From Octopus vulgaris (Eukaryota): 64,000 nt of DNA. A program made the translations under genes and the position numbers. The DNA is taken from the NCBI GenBank assembly GCA_951406725.2, contig OX597831.1, positions 59,582,001-59,646,000 of the forward strand. The letters run 5' to 3'. Shown in pieces: positions 13,290 to 26,115 of the stretch; within the stretch, counting starts at the first letter, position 1; the number at the start of each line of letters is the position of its first letter. The notes under the pieces are model-generated. The model was not told the origin of the DNA and did not search any database. It worked only from the letters and a program-made list of their open reading frames with translations.

Positions 13290-13478
13290 GTTTGTATGTC
13301 GCTTTGTCCCCTAAGAACATTTCTAAACTTCTTAGGTCCGCGTAACATAGAGGTTCGGCAAAGAGAGCGATATAATATAATTAGTATTTAAAAGTTTGCT
13401 CAGCTAAAATTCATCGAGGCAATGTTCAATCATGATCGCAGTAGAAATGGCTGAAACAACTAAAAGAATAAAATGAAC
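13290..13478 (+). mobile_element. 3' fragment of SINE family A
   Basis: GTCCGCGTAACATAGAGGTTCGGCAAAGAGAG...CGCAGTAGAAATGGCTGAAACAACTAAAAGAAT resembles 5310-5460. Confidence 0.7.
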
Positions 13479-13539
13479 GTGTGTGTATATGTATATATAC
13501 ATATATACATACATATGTATATATATATATATATATATA

Positions 13540-13790
13540 AAATACAAAATGGGACGAGAACGTAAAACCTCCAGACAGGTATGTGATACAAAAAAGGGAC
13601 AACAAAACATCGCGATAGACGATACAAAGGATCCAAGGACGGGTCATTTGCAGTTGTCTCTCCTCAGTCGAGTTCCAGATTATCTTTGCAATTTCGGCTT
13701 GTTATACTCGAGATTGCTCCAATCTGGCCAGCCCCAAGGAAAACCTAAGCTAAGAGCATTAGATTCCTTGGAAGAACGCAGCGTGTTCAC
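13540..13790 (-). mobile_element. Dispersed non-autonomous repeat, inverted homologue of 59870-60085 (probably Penelope-like-derived)
   Basis: Shared AGATTGGAGCAATCTCGAGTATAAC.AG.CGAAATTGCAAAGAT..TCTGGAACT..ACTGAGGA...ATGACCCGTC. Confidence 0.75.
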
Positions 13791-13829
13791 ACATATACAC
13801 ACAATGTACTCAGGCAATAAACACTTGTA

Positions 13830-14305
13830 ATAGCTTTGTGTATTTTATTTAATTTTAAAATATTTAATTATTAAAGTATTATTTTATTTTTCAATTATGT
13901 ATATTTAGAATTTGCATATACATGTATGTATATATATATATTGATTAATTATTTTACTGTTCTATTATATTTTTAACCTGATGAGCGACTATATTTATAT
14001 GCAAGGGGTTCCTCTACTACTCTGATCAATTCTTAAATATAGCAGCGAAACACGTGCCGTTTTCTATTGTATGCATTATATTATTTTTGTAATTTACTTA
14101 ATCTTTACTTTTTAATCGTTATTTTAATTTTTAATTTTATATTAAATGTAATTTTCTAGATGGTGTAATTTAATTATTCATTTTGAATTGATAAAAGGTG
14201 TTTTTTTCTAATATTTTATATTTATATTATATTGTGTGTAATTTGTTTTAGTATTTCTAAATTGAATTCTTTTTCCTTGTAAGTTTGGATTTTATTCCTC
14301 TAAAT
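13830..14305 (+). mobile_element. Non-autonomous Penelope-like/retrozyme-type element carrying a hammerhead motif
   Basis: Contains the hammerhead at 13974-14062; homologous pieces at 7048-7132 and 11941-11985. Boundaries are approximate. Confidence 0.55.
13974..14062 (+). ncRNA. Type I hammerhead ribozyme motif (U16.1 to C mutated)
   Basis: AAC-CTGATGA-GCGA CTATATTTA [loop] TAAATATAG CAGC-GAAA-CACGTG-CC-GTT: 9-bp helix II, palindromic helix III CACGTG, stem I AAC/GTT. Confidence 0.65.
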
Positions 14306-14346
14306 AACAATAATTAATATATATATATATATACATATATACATAC

Positions 14347-14425
<79 letters not shown>

Positions 14426-15910
14426 TTTGTGTGTGCGTCTGTAGAAGGAGTGGGAGTGAGAGAGAGACAGAACACCCGTCCGTGATGTAAAGATACGAAA
14501 TTCTGTTAGAGGGTACTAGTAAGTTTTTGTAGATCGGGGTTTGAGGGAATAGTTATCTCTATTTTATCATTCCCAGGCAATAGTTATTTCGATAACGATT
14601 TTTTATAACTGGAACCTATATCTGCATCTGTTAATTCTGTCTAGATTATGCTTAAAGAAACTTTTCTGGTATATCTAATTTAAAAGTGCGTTTTATAGCC
14701 ATGTGAGGGAAGTACACTAAATTATTTGGAGAAAATTGCGCATCACTTGTGATTACAAAAGAAATATTTAATATAACATAAATTTTGTATATTTGTTATA
14801 CATAATTTCTAATTGAAGCATTAGTGTATTTAAAACTTCGACTATAACTCACACGGTTGGCGTAGGATGTCAAAATGCAAATAAGTAGGTAACCATATAT
14901 GAACAAATTTTTAAGGAATGGATTTGACAGTTTGGCACATAACATAGAAAATTTGCCGTGCATTCGTTGATATACCTAATTATGATTCAATTATAGGGAT
15001 AACATATAAGAGGAATAAGATATTCTAACCACTTACTATTTGAAAGGTGCAAATTATCTTGCGATGATTGGTTCAAAATTAAGAAAAGAATGCAAAACAT
15101 ATTTGTAACTCTCCTAGAGAAAAGGACCTTACATTAACGAATCGTTCTGCAAAATGTATCAATCATATTCATTGAGTTTAGTCTCTGAAATATCTCAAAT
15201 ATATACAAATATTGTACATCTCGGAGTGTACGTTCATGAGTATTATTTTACTCTTTCCTGGTGAAAATGAACTGATAGTATTTCCGGACTTCTTAAAACA
15301 TAGCTCCATTAACTTTTTGCTGTTTTTCTTGTTGCTATAATAGCTGATTCTAAAAATTGGTGTTCTTGCTGTTGCTTTTGCAAATGTATTATAAAAGCTA
15401 ATACGTCTTCCATTATTATCAAATTGTGTTACAAATAATTGTTAACTGACGTGCGCGAGCTTCGAATACTTGATGCCAATGTTGTTGTATCACCAATTTT
15501 TATGACGATACTTTTTAACACTCTAACGGTCTAGTAACAATAAACCTATAACGAAGCAGGGTAACAGCAACGTAACTCTCCTCGAACTATATACGAACCA
15601 ACAAACGACAATTGTATGTATATATACTGACATGTACAATAATCACCGCAAAACACCGCTCGATAATTACGTATACTGATCGGACAGTTATATATGGCGG
15701 GGTCTTTTCATCTAAGAATATTCTCCGCAATCTTTAACTGACCCAGCTAAACACTAGGTGAGAAATATAATCCTTTGAATATCATATTAAGAAGACACTT
15801 GTAAGTTTTGGTACTTTGTCAAGGAGTGAAAAAAATTCTGTATTTCGTCTCCGCAACATAATCGGTCTGTACGGTACTAAGTGTGTGGATGAAATGTAGC
15901 TCCTGATAAT

Positions 15911-16119
15911 GGTTTCAAATTTTGGCGAAAGACCAGTAATTTTCGGTGGAGATAGTTAGTGGATAGCCCCAGTGTTGAATTGGTAAATATTCTATCGACT
16001 CCGAGAGGATGGAAGGCCAAGTCAAACACGGAGGTATTCTAACTCAGAACACAAAGACGTCAGAAATTCCACTAAGTATTTTGCCAGGCGTGCTAATGGT
16101 TCTGCCTGCACTCTGCCTT
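15911..16119 (-). mobile_element. SINE family B copy
   Basis: Colinear with copies at 24188-24400 and 48789-48992. Confidence 0.85.
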
Positions 16120-16829
16120 CATTGAGCTCAATATATTAACAGTATCATTGTGTCGAGTCAATGAAATGTTTATGATACAAAGGATATATCTGCAAATCCA
16201 TTCTGCCACATAATACATTGCTTCCGATTTTTATAATTTTATTTATCACTCCTACAAGGTGTGTGGGTTTCTCGGGGAGAGTGAGAGAGAGAGAGAAAGA
16301 GAGAAAGAATTTTCATATTTATATATATATGATTCATAGATCCAATATAGTTAAAATCGAAAGAATTATTCCATTTCGTTTTTTCTTATTTTCTCACTGT
16401 CCAGCGTCCTAGATCTTGAAATATTTCTAACACATTAAAAGAGAGATTGCCTGGAGATATATGACGTATCTTCTAAATATGCCAATTATAGGTATCATAC
16501 AATCATGAAATTACTAGTAGTTCTTGGTATGTATATATGTATGTATGTATATGTATGTATATGTATTCATATCCATGCACACGCACCCACAACCATATAA
16601 CATATATCATGTGTTCTCTATTTTTAGTAAGGGGTAATTATAACAACAAGCAACATTGTTAAGAGATATTGTTTTCGCATTTGAGTTGAATGTCAATTTG
16701 GTAATATTCTTTACAAAATTGCTAAAAGATATTCTTGGATGGATGAAATTAATTATAATATTGCAATCACATTTTACAAGAAGAGATATTTTGAATGCGT
16801 ATATACATACGTACATACATATTTATATA

Positions 16830-16865
<36 letters not shown>

Positions 16866-17136
16866 TATATATATATATTTGTTTGCAAAAATGTTCGTAT
16901 TCCATGTTGTAGTATTTAGGATATCATTTTATTTTCGTATTTCATGTTGTTTACGTTCTGTGGTGTCCTGTACCCATAGATACATGTGTGTATACATATA
17001 TATGCAAGTATTTATATATATATATATGTATGTATATATGCATATATATTCGTATTTTCTTTATATTATGTGATCGAACGCCAGGCATCCATTTCCAAGT
17101 AACTTTTGTCTATCTAACTATCTATCCATCTATCTA

Positions 17137-17219
<83 letters not shown>

Positions 17220-17988
17220 TAGAATAGTAAAGAGTAAGTTTTCAAAACGCATGAAATTATTTCATACCTAGTAAGCATATTAGCGTAAGCTGATGAGGGC
17301 ATACTATGGAAATGAATCTTAAGTTTCACAACGAATCTGGGGGAATGTACTCCTGAAACTATCATTCGAACACCTTATTTTCCTCTGATATATTACCAAA
17401 AACTCTTTTTAATGCCTATTCCTTCCTCGATATTATATTTAAATTTTTTTAAAAGATCTTTTTCTATATTCAGCTATTAATTTTATTTATATTCTATTAT
17501 TAGGTTATATCTATATGACCATGTATATTTTTAGTATTCATATATAGTTTTATATTTCTGATATATCAATAGATGTTTCAGATTGAACAATACTTTTTTT
17601 TTATCCTAATTAAAACCGTATCTGTTTGTGTTAATCGTAGTCTTTCTGATTTGAGACTTTTCTATTGTATCTATTGCACTTGTCTACCGCCTCGAGTTTG
17701 ACTTGATGAACTCCTGCGCTATCTATTTTTTCGAAAGTTCTTTAATATTTAAAAAATATTTTTCATATTCATTTCTCGTTTCTCTGTATATCTTTTGTAT
17801 GTATACATTTAAGAAAAAAGCATTTTGCTATTAAAACAAACAGTAAAGCACACGTTCTTCAGTTTCAGAACGGTTACTTGAAAGCTTGAAACTCATATCA
17901 GAGTAACCTACTGTAAACACTATTATTAAGATTAAGATAAAAAACTTTCATTCAAAAAATACTTCTTTAAATATATACACAGGTACCC

Positions 17989-18044
<56 letters not shown>

Positions 18045-19824
18045 TGTGTGTATCTATCTATATAAATGTGTGTTTGTGTGTGTGTGTATGCGTGCATGCA
18101 CATCTCTGGGTGTTTTGAAAGCAAAACATTGATATTTACATATTTTTTAAATATTTCCATCAATTTCAATTTAGATTCCCTGGGAAATATCTCAATTTGA
18201 AGCCATTCTTATATTCTGATACATGCATGAAATATTTTATCTTCCTAGACAAGCTAAGCCTACGTAAATATATTGTGTAAACACTGCACGTAGATACTTG
18301 TAATTAAAGTTAATAGACTGGAGGGCATTCGCTCATTTTCCTTTAGTATTTGCCTATGGTTAAACTGAAATTGATAAATTTAATGTATGTTTCTCAAAAT
18401 TAGAAGGTACATATGTCATAAGATTTGGTAAAACGTGTGTTGAAATGAATAGAATTGTACTATATGAACATTTATTTGAAATCTGGAAGATACAATTTCG
18501 TATTGTTACAGCTTGATTTCGTATTTCTATTGATCAGGTACTAAAATACAGTTTAATCCTCTCTTCTTAGCATCACCTATTTAGGCTAGTTGTAAGTTAA
18601 CAAGTAGGCTTTTGTGAAATTTTGTTAGTTGATGGATAAAATGGATGTGTAAAATATGCTAACATATACAATAATATATTTTTGCTAGTGATGCTGCTAT
18701 TTCTAGTGCATATAATTGTTTATACTAGCAGAAAATTGATTTCTCTATCTCTAATATTCTTATTGTTATAGATGATAAGATCTAAATAAATTGCTTTCGT
18801 TTTTCTACAATATCACGTACACTCTTTCGCATCTCGCTAAAATCTCGTTATACATCATTGAAAGTTCGGTGGAAATATATATTCTGAATCTTGAATGCTT
18901 CGAAAAGGATCTTTAATGTTGCATTTATCTTCGCATTTCAGTGATTTATCGTACCTAACCTGGGTGTTATGGAAGCCAGTTGAAATCTGTTTAATATTAG
19001 ATGGGAAACGTTGATCATTATTATATTATTATACAACGTAAATCTTTCCAGTCACAGAGGTATGCATTATTGACTGCTAGGAGATATTCATTGACATGCA
19101 GTCAATCACTAAGCATTGGGATGGAACATTTGATACGATTGGTGAATTAGATATCAGTTAATAATATGCGTAATCTCAACTGACGAACTAACGTACATAT
19201 TCCAGTCGAATGAAGTTTTCAGAGATTTTCTTCATCCATAGAACGTCGTCAAACGCAATGAACAATTTCATGGATTACATGACAAAGTCTATTGTAGGCC
19301 CCGCCAATGATGGTAATAACATTTTGAACACATACTGCCTTTAAAACCTTGATGCATTCTTCAGCACAAAATCTGGATAACAGCCAAGTACTCCGTCTTG
19401 TTTATACTCTGCACTGCTGCGCCTACGTACAAAATAGAAGGAAATTTGGAATGTATCATTTACGTTCTATTCTGCACACAAAATACAGAGCAGGTAATTA
19501 ATAAATAAACAATTATTTAGGAGAGTAGACAAATATTGGATGTCATGAAAATTTCAGTCATGAAGATGATGGACCAGCTAACCAAAATGAATTCGCTTTG
19601 AAATTTCATGTCCGTATTAGGATATATGATGTGGAAATAGATATATGGAAAACTAGTATATTGATTGAGAGCTAAATCAAATTACAAAAATTCATACTTT
19701 CACACGCAGTCACACACTAATTTTTTTCATCTGTATAAGCAAACAGGCAAACATACAAATGTATGGACATACGTGCTTACATACCCAAACCCTCACAACC
19801 CCACCCCAACCCTACCAACATATG

Positions 19825-19858
<34 letters not shown>

Positions 19859-19998
19859 TTATTACACTTAACTTTTTAAAATATCTTTGATAAGGTTGGT
19901 TTTTTTCAAGAAGAACCGAAACATGTAAAATTTCTGAGAAAATTAAAATTTATATTATATGGTGGCGTTTTTAAACTTCTTTTTTTATAAATATATAC

Positions 19999-20173
19999 CC
20001 ATCATCGTCATCATCGTCGTCGTTGTCGTTGCTGTCTTTGTGGTCGTATTCATCATCATCATCATCATCATCGTCATCGTCGTCGTCGTCACCATCATCA
20101 TCATCATCAGATTCACCATCATCATCATCATCGTCATCGTCGTCGTCGCCACCATCATCATCATCATATTCAC

Positions 20174-20208
<35 letters not shown>

Positions 20209-20267
20209 GCATCATCATCGTCATCTTCGTCGTCGTCATCATCGTCGTCGTCGTCGTCATCATCATC

Positions 20268-20343
<76 letters not shown>

Positions 20344-20360
20344 CCATCATGAACATCATA
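19999..20360. repeat. (ATC)n/(GTC)n trinucleotide microsatellite
   Basis: Direct reading; source of the poly-D/S/M/I ORFs. Confidence 0.98.
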
Positions 20361-21175
20361 ATAACCGTCATTACGTGCCATTATGGACACATTTTCCTGT
20401 TCCGCTCAAAAGAAAATAAATCTTAATGGTCAGGAATCCTCGAGAATAGATTTAGACGTTAGTACTATGTTAATAAACGCAGCCTAGTACTACATGAACC
20501 TGCAGAAATGGTTTTGCTTAATGCTTCTACAACAACAGAATATCTTGTCAGAAATGACGTAATTATTTATGTGCACCTTTGTTTATTGTACACTAAGCAT
20601 AAATGTTCAATAGCCCATGAACAAACATCGAGCAAGCATATAAAAATATTAGATAAATATCACCTAAATGTATTCAATACAAACGCAACGTTCTTTCTAT
20701 AGAATTCTTTCTGATGTTTCCCTCCTTGCTTTTTCTCCATTATAAATATCTGTACAATACATGTACTCAGTATATGCAAAACATTATGTAAACCGTTCCG
20801 ATTCACAACATCCTTCGCTAGGTATTTCCAGTTTTCATATGGAATTCCATTTATGTAGGAATAAGTTATAAAGGAAGTATCATTACAATAAGAAATATTG
20901 ATAACATTTACATAATGAAATTTATGAAAATTACCAATTTTTCATTGCGTTTTACATTTATAAGAACGAAACCTTTTATATGTGAATAAACGACACGTAT
21001 CATTTCAGCTTCTATGACTACATTCTCATACATCGTGGTAAATAACTTATGTATCTATATCAATATAAAATTTTGAAATAATGCGAATGTAATTTTTTTG
21101 ACGACATTGCATAAGTTGTCATTGCATTTTACTAATTTTCTTAGAAAACAAATTGCAAATTTCAATAGACACTGA

Positions 21176-21178
21176 CTA

Positions 21179-21240
<62 letters not shown>

Positions 21241-21248
21241 GTACTACT
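21176..21248. repeat. (ACT)n microsatellite
   Basis: Direct reading. Confidence 0.98.
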
Positions 21249-21597
21249 GAGAGTTGTATTAATGATAGAAAAACGAGTCAAATAATGGGAGCAATAATTT
21301 CAAAACGTCAACAATCGAGTAAATAGATGTATATACATAAAATGAAAGTACTTCAAGAATCTGATAGGTATGTAAAATGTATGTTGAAGATATCGTCCAT
21401 TCTATGGACGATATTCTTGCATGAAAGCGACACTGCTTACTATCATTGACCAATGTCAATGCAAGGAAAGAAATACAGTCAACCCATCGCATATGTATAT
21501 GTATAAAGCACTTGCCTTCTCGAGCGTCAAAGTAATATAACTTTTGTTTATACACCTGTCTTCTTTTGTTTTTCTGTAAATTTCAACTGTGTGTGAG

Positions 21598-21665
<68 letters not shown>

Positions 21666-22376
21666 TGTCTGTCTGTCTGTGTGTATGTGTGTGTATACAG
21701 AGAGAGAGAGAGGGAGGAGGTGATAGGTAGATAGATATAGATAAAGTAGGAAAAAATTCGTTGAAGAGATTTTCCCACATGTTCAGTTGTTGGGAGAAAA
21801 TATATAATAAATGAATACGTATATATATGATGGACTCGATTTTGCCTCATGAGGATCCCAAGTTTTCGCCAATTCAAAGTAAACAGGAATTTATTAACAT
21901 GTTGTGTTTTGTTAGAAAATGTGAAAGTAAATTTTTTGAAAATTAATAATAACGCGTGATAAAATGTTATCGTATTCCACGCGCACATGTGTAATTGTGT
22001 TTTACTTCCAAAACATTCCTAGTAGCTTCCCACGGCATAATTACATGTCCTGAATTTCAGGTTTTATACACATTTCCGATATAACGTAAGAGTTACGTTA
22101 TATTAAATTAGCGTCTGATTTTACTAGGTAACTAAAATACATTAGTTCGAATCATTTTAATAAATCAGAAACTTAAAAATACCTAAATTAGCAGACAATT
22201 GTATTATGTATTAACAGTAATGAAACAGCAGATGCTTGTCGTAGAGATCATGTGGTCAGAGCACAAATAAGCATATCACGAAATGTTTATTGTTTATCAT
22301 ATATATCATGATGAACTTCATCACTGACATGATATTAGTCCAACTCCTTTTCCAAGAAAATTCATTCAGTAAATAA

Positions 22377-22588
22377 TACTCTTTACTCTTTTACTTGTTT
22401 CAGTCATTTGACTGCGGCCATGCTGGAGCACCGCATTTAGTCGAGCAAATCGACCCCGGGACTTATTCTTTGTAAGCCTAGTACTTATTCTATCGGTCTC
22501 TTTTGCCGAACCGCTAAGTAACGGGGACTTAAACACGCCAACACTGGTTGTCAAGCAATGCTAGGGGGACAAACAGAGATACACAAAC

Positions 22589-22621
<33 letters not shown>

Positions 22622-22792
22622 CATATATACGACAGGCTTCTTTCAGTTTCCGTCTACCAAATCCACTCACAAGGCATTGGTCGGCCCGGGGCTATAGCAG
22701 AAGAGACTTGCCCAAGATGCCACGCAGTGGGACTGAACCCGGAACCATGTGGTTGGTTAGCAAGTTACTTACCACACAGCCACTCCTGCGCC
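22377..22792 (-). mobile_element. Full-length, little-decayed SINE family A
   Basis: Minus strand GGCGCAGGAGTGGCTGTGTGGTAAG...CCGGGTTCAGTCCCACTGCGTGGCATCTTGGGCAAGT...internal (TA)/(TG) repeat...GGTGCTCCAGCATGGCCGCAGTCAAATGACTGAAACAAGT(AAAGAGT)n. Confidence 0.93.
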
Positions 22793-24187
22793 CATATGTA
22801 AAATAAATAATAATATCCCTAATAGTCAGAACGTTTAATTCTTTCTAATATTATAAATTGTTAATTCCAATATAGCGTGAATTTTATGTTCTTGTTTAGC
22901 GTATTGAATAAAGTTTAGATTTGAAATATAAACGCATTTGCTAACGAAGTTACGTTTGTAATATTACTACAATACAAACACACTGTTAAGAAAATGAATA
23001 TCTTGCTAACGTCACTTTGATTTTGTCAAGTAGCAATCGCTATTTCAAAGCCTAGAATATGCATTTGAAAATTTGAAAGCAAACGTTGTCGATTGTCTCT
23101 ATAACCTTTGTAACTATTTCGTTCATACAGAAAAAGCAGTGGGGTCAACGTTGGTATTAAACTATTTGGAGATAAATATTCTTTATCAATAGACAAAGAA
23201 ATAGACGACTAATGCAGATCAATTCTATTTGTTTCTGTGTTTGCAATATTCAAGAACTACAACGGCAATGGAAATTAGACGACATGGATATAAAGATTAA
23301 GAAAAGAAGTAAAAGCAATAAAGCAGCATATTACAGAATATTAGAGAAACAAATACTTCTCTTATACAGAATTAACTATTTGTTTGAACGTACGGCGTAT
23401 TGTGTAGAATTCAACTAAATGAAACAGAAGAAGTAAAGCAAATATACAAAGAATAGCTGAGCGAATACGTACAAGAATAAAATCTAAATTAGTTGAAAGT
23501 TGTCTTTCAGTTAGAGAAAGGAATAAAAATCCATTCAAAAGTTTTACCGATTTACAATGCATTACAATAATTATTTTTAAGAATTTTAAAAAGTAATTCA
23601 GTTCCAATTATTCTCGTGCTTCATCCAGTGGCTTTTATTAGAGAAAATGTTGATAACAATGAAAATGTTTCAATATTATCTGGTTAGCGTAGTGCTTCAG
23701 ACAGTAGATTTTAGAATACAAAATGTCATACAAATAATGTTAGGCCTCATTATTTTGCATAAATGTATAACAATGAAGAAATACAGCCAACAATTCAGCA
23801 ATATGGATTAAGGCAAATCAAATTGAAAGCACCGTAAAAAATTACATACGTGACATTCTAACAAAATTGAAGAAAGATTATAAAATCTACTGGCTATCGT
23901 TGGGGATTCACATAGTTAAGAGACCATCAATTTATTAATGCATAGGTGTTTCCCTAACCGATTTAGGGAACAAAAATAAGACATTTCAGTTTGTATAGCA
24001 AATATGATTTCTCGATTGATTGGCATTGTCTTTCATTTACCTTTTTTTTGTCTGAAATTATTCCTGTAATTTTTTATGCCACCGTTCTCCAACTGTGTCA
24101 CTGCATTTCCCTTTCTGAATACGTCGATTCGTCCGCCAGCTCCTCAAATTTTGTGTAATAAAATAACGCTGTATCTTGTAATATTGC

Positions 24188-24400
24188 CTTCAAATTTTGG
24201 CACAGGGCCAACATGTTCGAGGGAGGAATTAAGTCGATTACATTGATCCCAGTGTTGAAATGGTTGTTATTTTCTGAACCACGAAAGGATGAAGGGGAAG
24301 GGTAAACCACGGAGAAATTTGAGCACCGAACGTAAAAACGAACGAAATGCCGCAAAACATTTTGCCCGGTATGCAAATGATTCTGCTAGCTGGCCACCTT
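24188..24400 (-). mobile_element. SINE family B copy
   Basis: Minus-strand head AAGGTGGCCAGCTAGCAGAATCATTTGC, central CCTTCATCCTTTCG, tail TGTGCCAAAATTTGAA. Confidence 0.85.
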
Positions 24401-24631
24401 ACTGCATTTTGTGATGTTCAAATATAGAAGCTTCTGTTCATTTTAACTGACTGCTTATGTCACTGAAATAATTAAATTATTTCCTTTCATAGTCCTTTCT
24501 TAAATTTGTTATCCCAAGCATTATAAAGCATATCAAGAAATGTAATAATAAAGAAATACGTGTCTATTAAGTTCTCATTAAACTACCAAATCAGAAAAAA
24601 AGTGCTTGCTTACTCCTATCATCTTTGTATA

Positions 24632-25341
24632 CGAGGTTGTTTCAAAGAGATCCGAGACTAGTTCTGTTTAATAAAATTAACTTATGTACCTAAGTTTTAA
24701 CATCATCTCATTCGAAATGGTCACCTCGTGCAGCAGTACACTAGTCTCAGCGTGCCACTTTTGGAATCCGGCCTGGAAAACGTTTGTCCTAAGCGAGTCG
24801 AAGTCTTTCTATGTTTCACCCTTGATTTCATGAACTGGGAAGAGATGGAAGTCCGCAGGTGCTAAATCTGGCAAATAGGATCGGTGCAGAAGCGACACAT
24901 GTTGATTTTGGCGAGAAATTCATGAGTGAGGAGAGCTCGGTGGCAGGGTGCATTGTCTTCGTGATGACTCCAGTTGCCGAACGTATGACAGACCAAATAC
25001 ATCAGCAATGTCGGAGATTGTCCTCCGACGATCTTCATGCTCATGCTCATTACTTTTCTCCAATTTCCCGTGATGACACCGATGGCAGGTCTTCCAAATC
25101 CCGCATCGTCTTCTAGGTATGTTCTCCCGCTTTTGAAGCAACCGTGCTTTTCGACATATTGCGTAAGACCCATTACCTCGTAGCCGTATCACTGAATCAG
25201 ACGTCCGAAGTTAAACGCAATATTTGAGGTATGTTATTTGGTCCAATATCCTGTCCATAACAAAACTGTGCGCACGCCATCGTTTGCTGTCACCAGTTCA
25301 CAGCCTACAGAACAAGTCTAGAAACATTTTATAGCCCCTCG
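24632..25341 (-). mobile_element. Internally deleted mariner transposon with both TIRs and TA target duplication
   Basis: TIRs TA|CGAGGTTGTTTCAAAGAGATCCGAGACTAGTTCTG and CAGAACAAGTCTAGAAACATTTTATAGCCCCTCG|TA; peptides FKSGRTYLEDD..GRP, HEDRRRTISDIA, HHEDNAPCHRALLTHEFLAK. Confidence 0.9.
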
Positions 25342-25924
25342 TATATATCTATTTCCTATAATTTCTACCGATATGTAGATGGTGTGCAACACGCAAAGAT
25401 GGGGCTTAACAAACCTTATTTGTAGTTGTTTCGTCCTATTTAGACTGGGAGTTTAACAATGTTAAATATTCAGCTGTTCTATCATTTTGCTAAACAAGTA
25501 AATGAAGTCATGTTTCAGTTTTATCGCTATCATATGAAATGAATTCAAAACGCCCATCTTGAATAGGGAAGTTTACTTCTGTGTGATATTTTAGTTTCGG
25601 ACATCTGTAGAGAATTAAAACGCTTAAAATGATTTAAAAAAAAGTTCCTTTGAAAACTAAGTGGAGATGTATGTCATGAGTTATTAATAATAGTAAGCAA
25701 ATTATTGTTTGTGTATCACTGAAAATATATTTTGTTGTGATATCTTTCTACCGCGAATACCAATGGTTCTTTAATTAACATGTCTATGCTGGACAGAAAT
25801 AGATATAATCTTCTTAAGCATTAATATTGTTATACAACGCATTGCATTATGACTTGTTCGTGCTGTAAGCATTTGTAATGTCCCCACCTGTGTGTGTGTG
25901 AGTGTGTGTGTACAGAGAGATAGA

Positions 25925-26115
25925 GACAGACAGACAGACAGACACACACACACACAAGCCTAGGACGTGTCTTTCAATTTCCGTCTACAAAAGGCACTCG
26001 CAAAGCTTTGGTCAGCCTGAGGCTAAAAGCAGAATATACTTGCCTAAGCTGTTGTTCAGTGGGACTGAACCGAAAAGCATAAGCTGAGAGGCAAAGACCT
26101 CGGCTACTCAGTTGC
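25925..26115 (-). mobile_element. Decayed 5' half of SINE family A
   Basis: TTTCAATTTCCGTCTAC...CAAAGCTTTGGTCAGCC..AGGCTA...CAGTGGGACTGAACC matches 22640-22740. Confidence 0.75.

Noticed and set aside
17286-17322. CTGATGA...GAAA hammerhead-like spacing (similar cases at about 26414 and about 46750)
   Set aside because: Helices do not close on the core; expected by chance in AT-rich DNA.
19120-19300. Gypsy-RT-like peptide IFQSNEVFRDFLHP
   Set aside because: No YxDD follows, no LTRs and no other pol motifs; too short to support.
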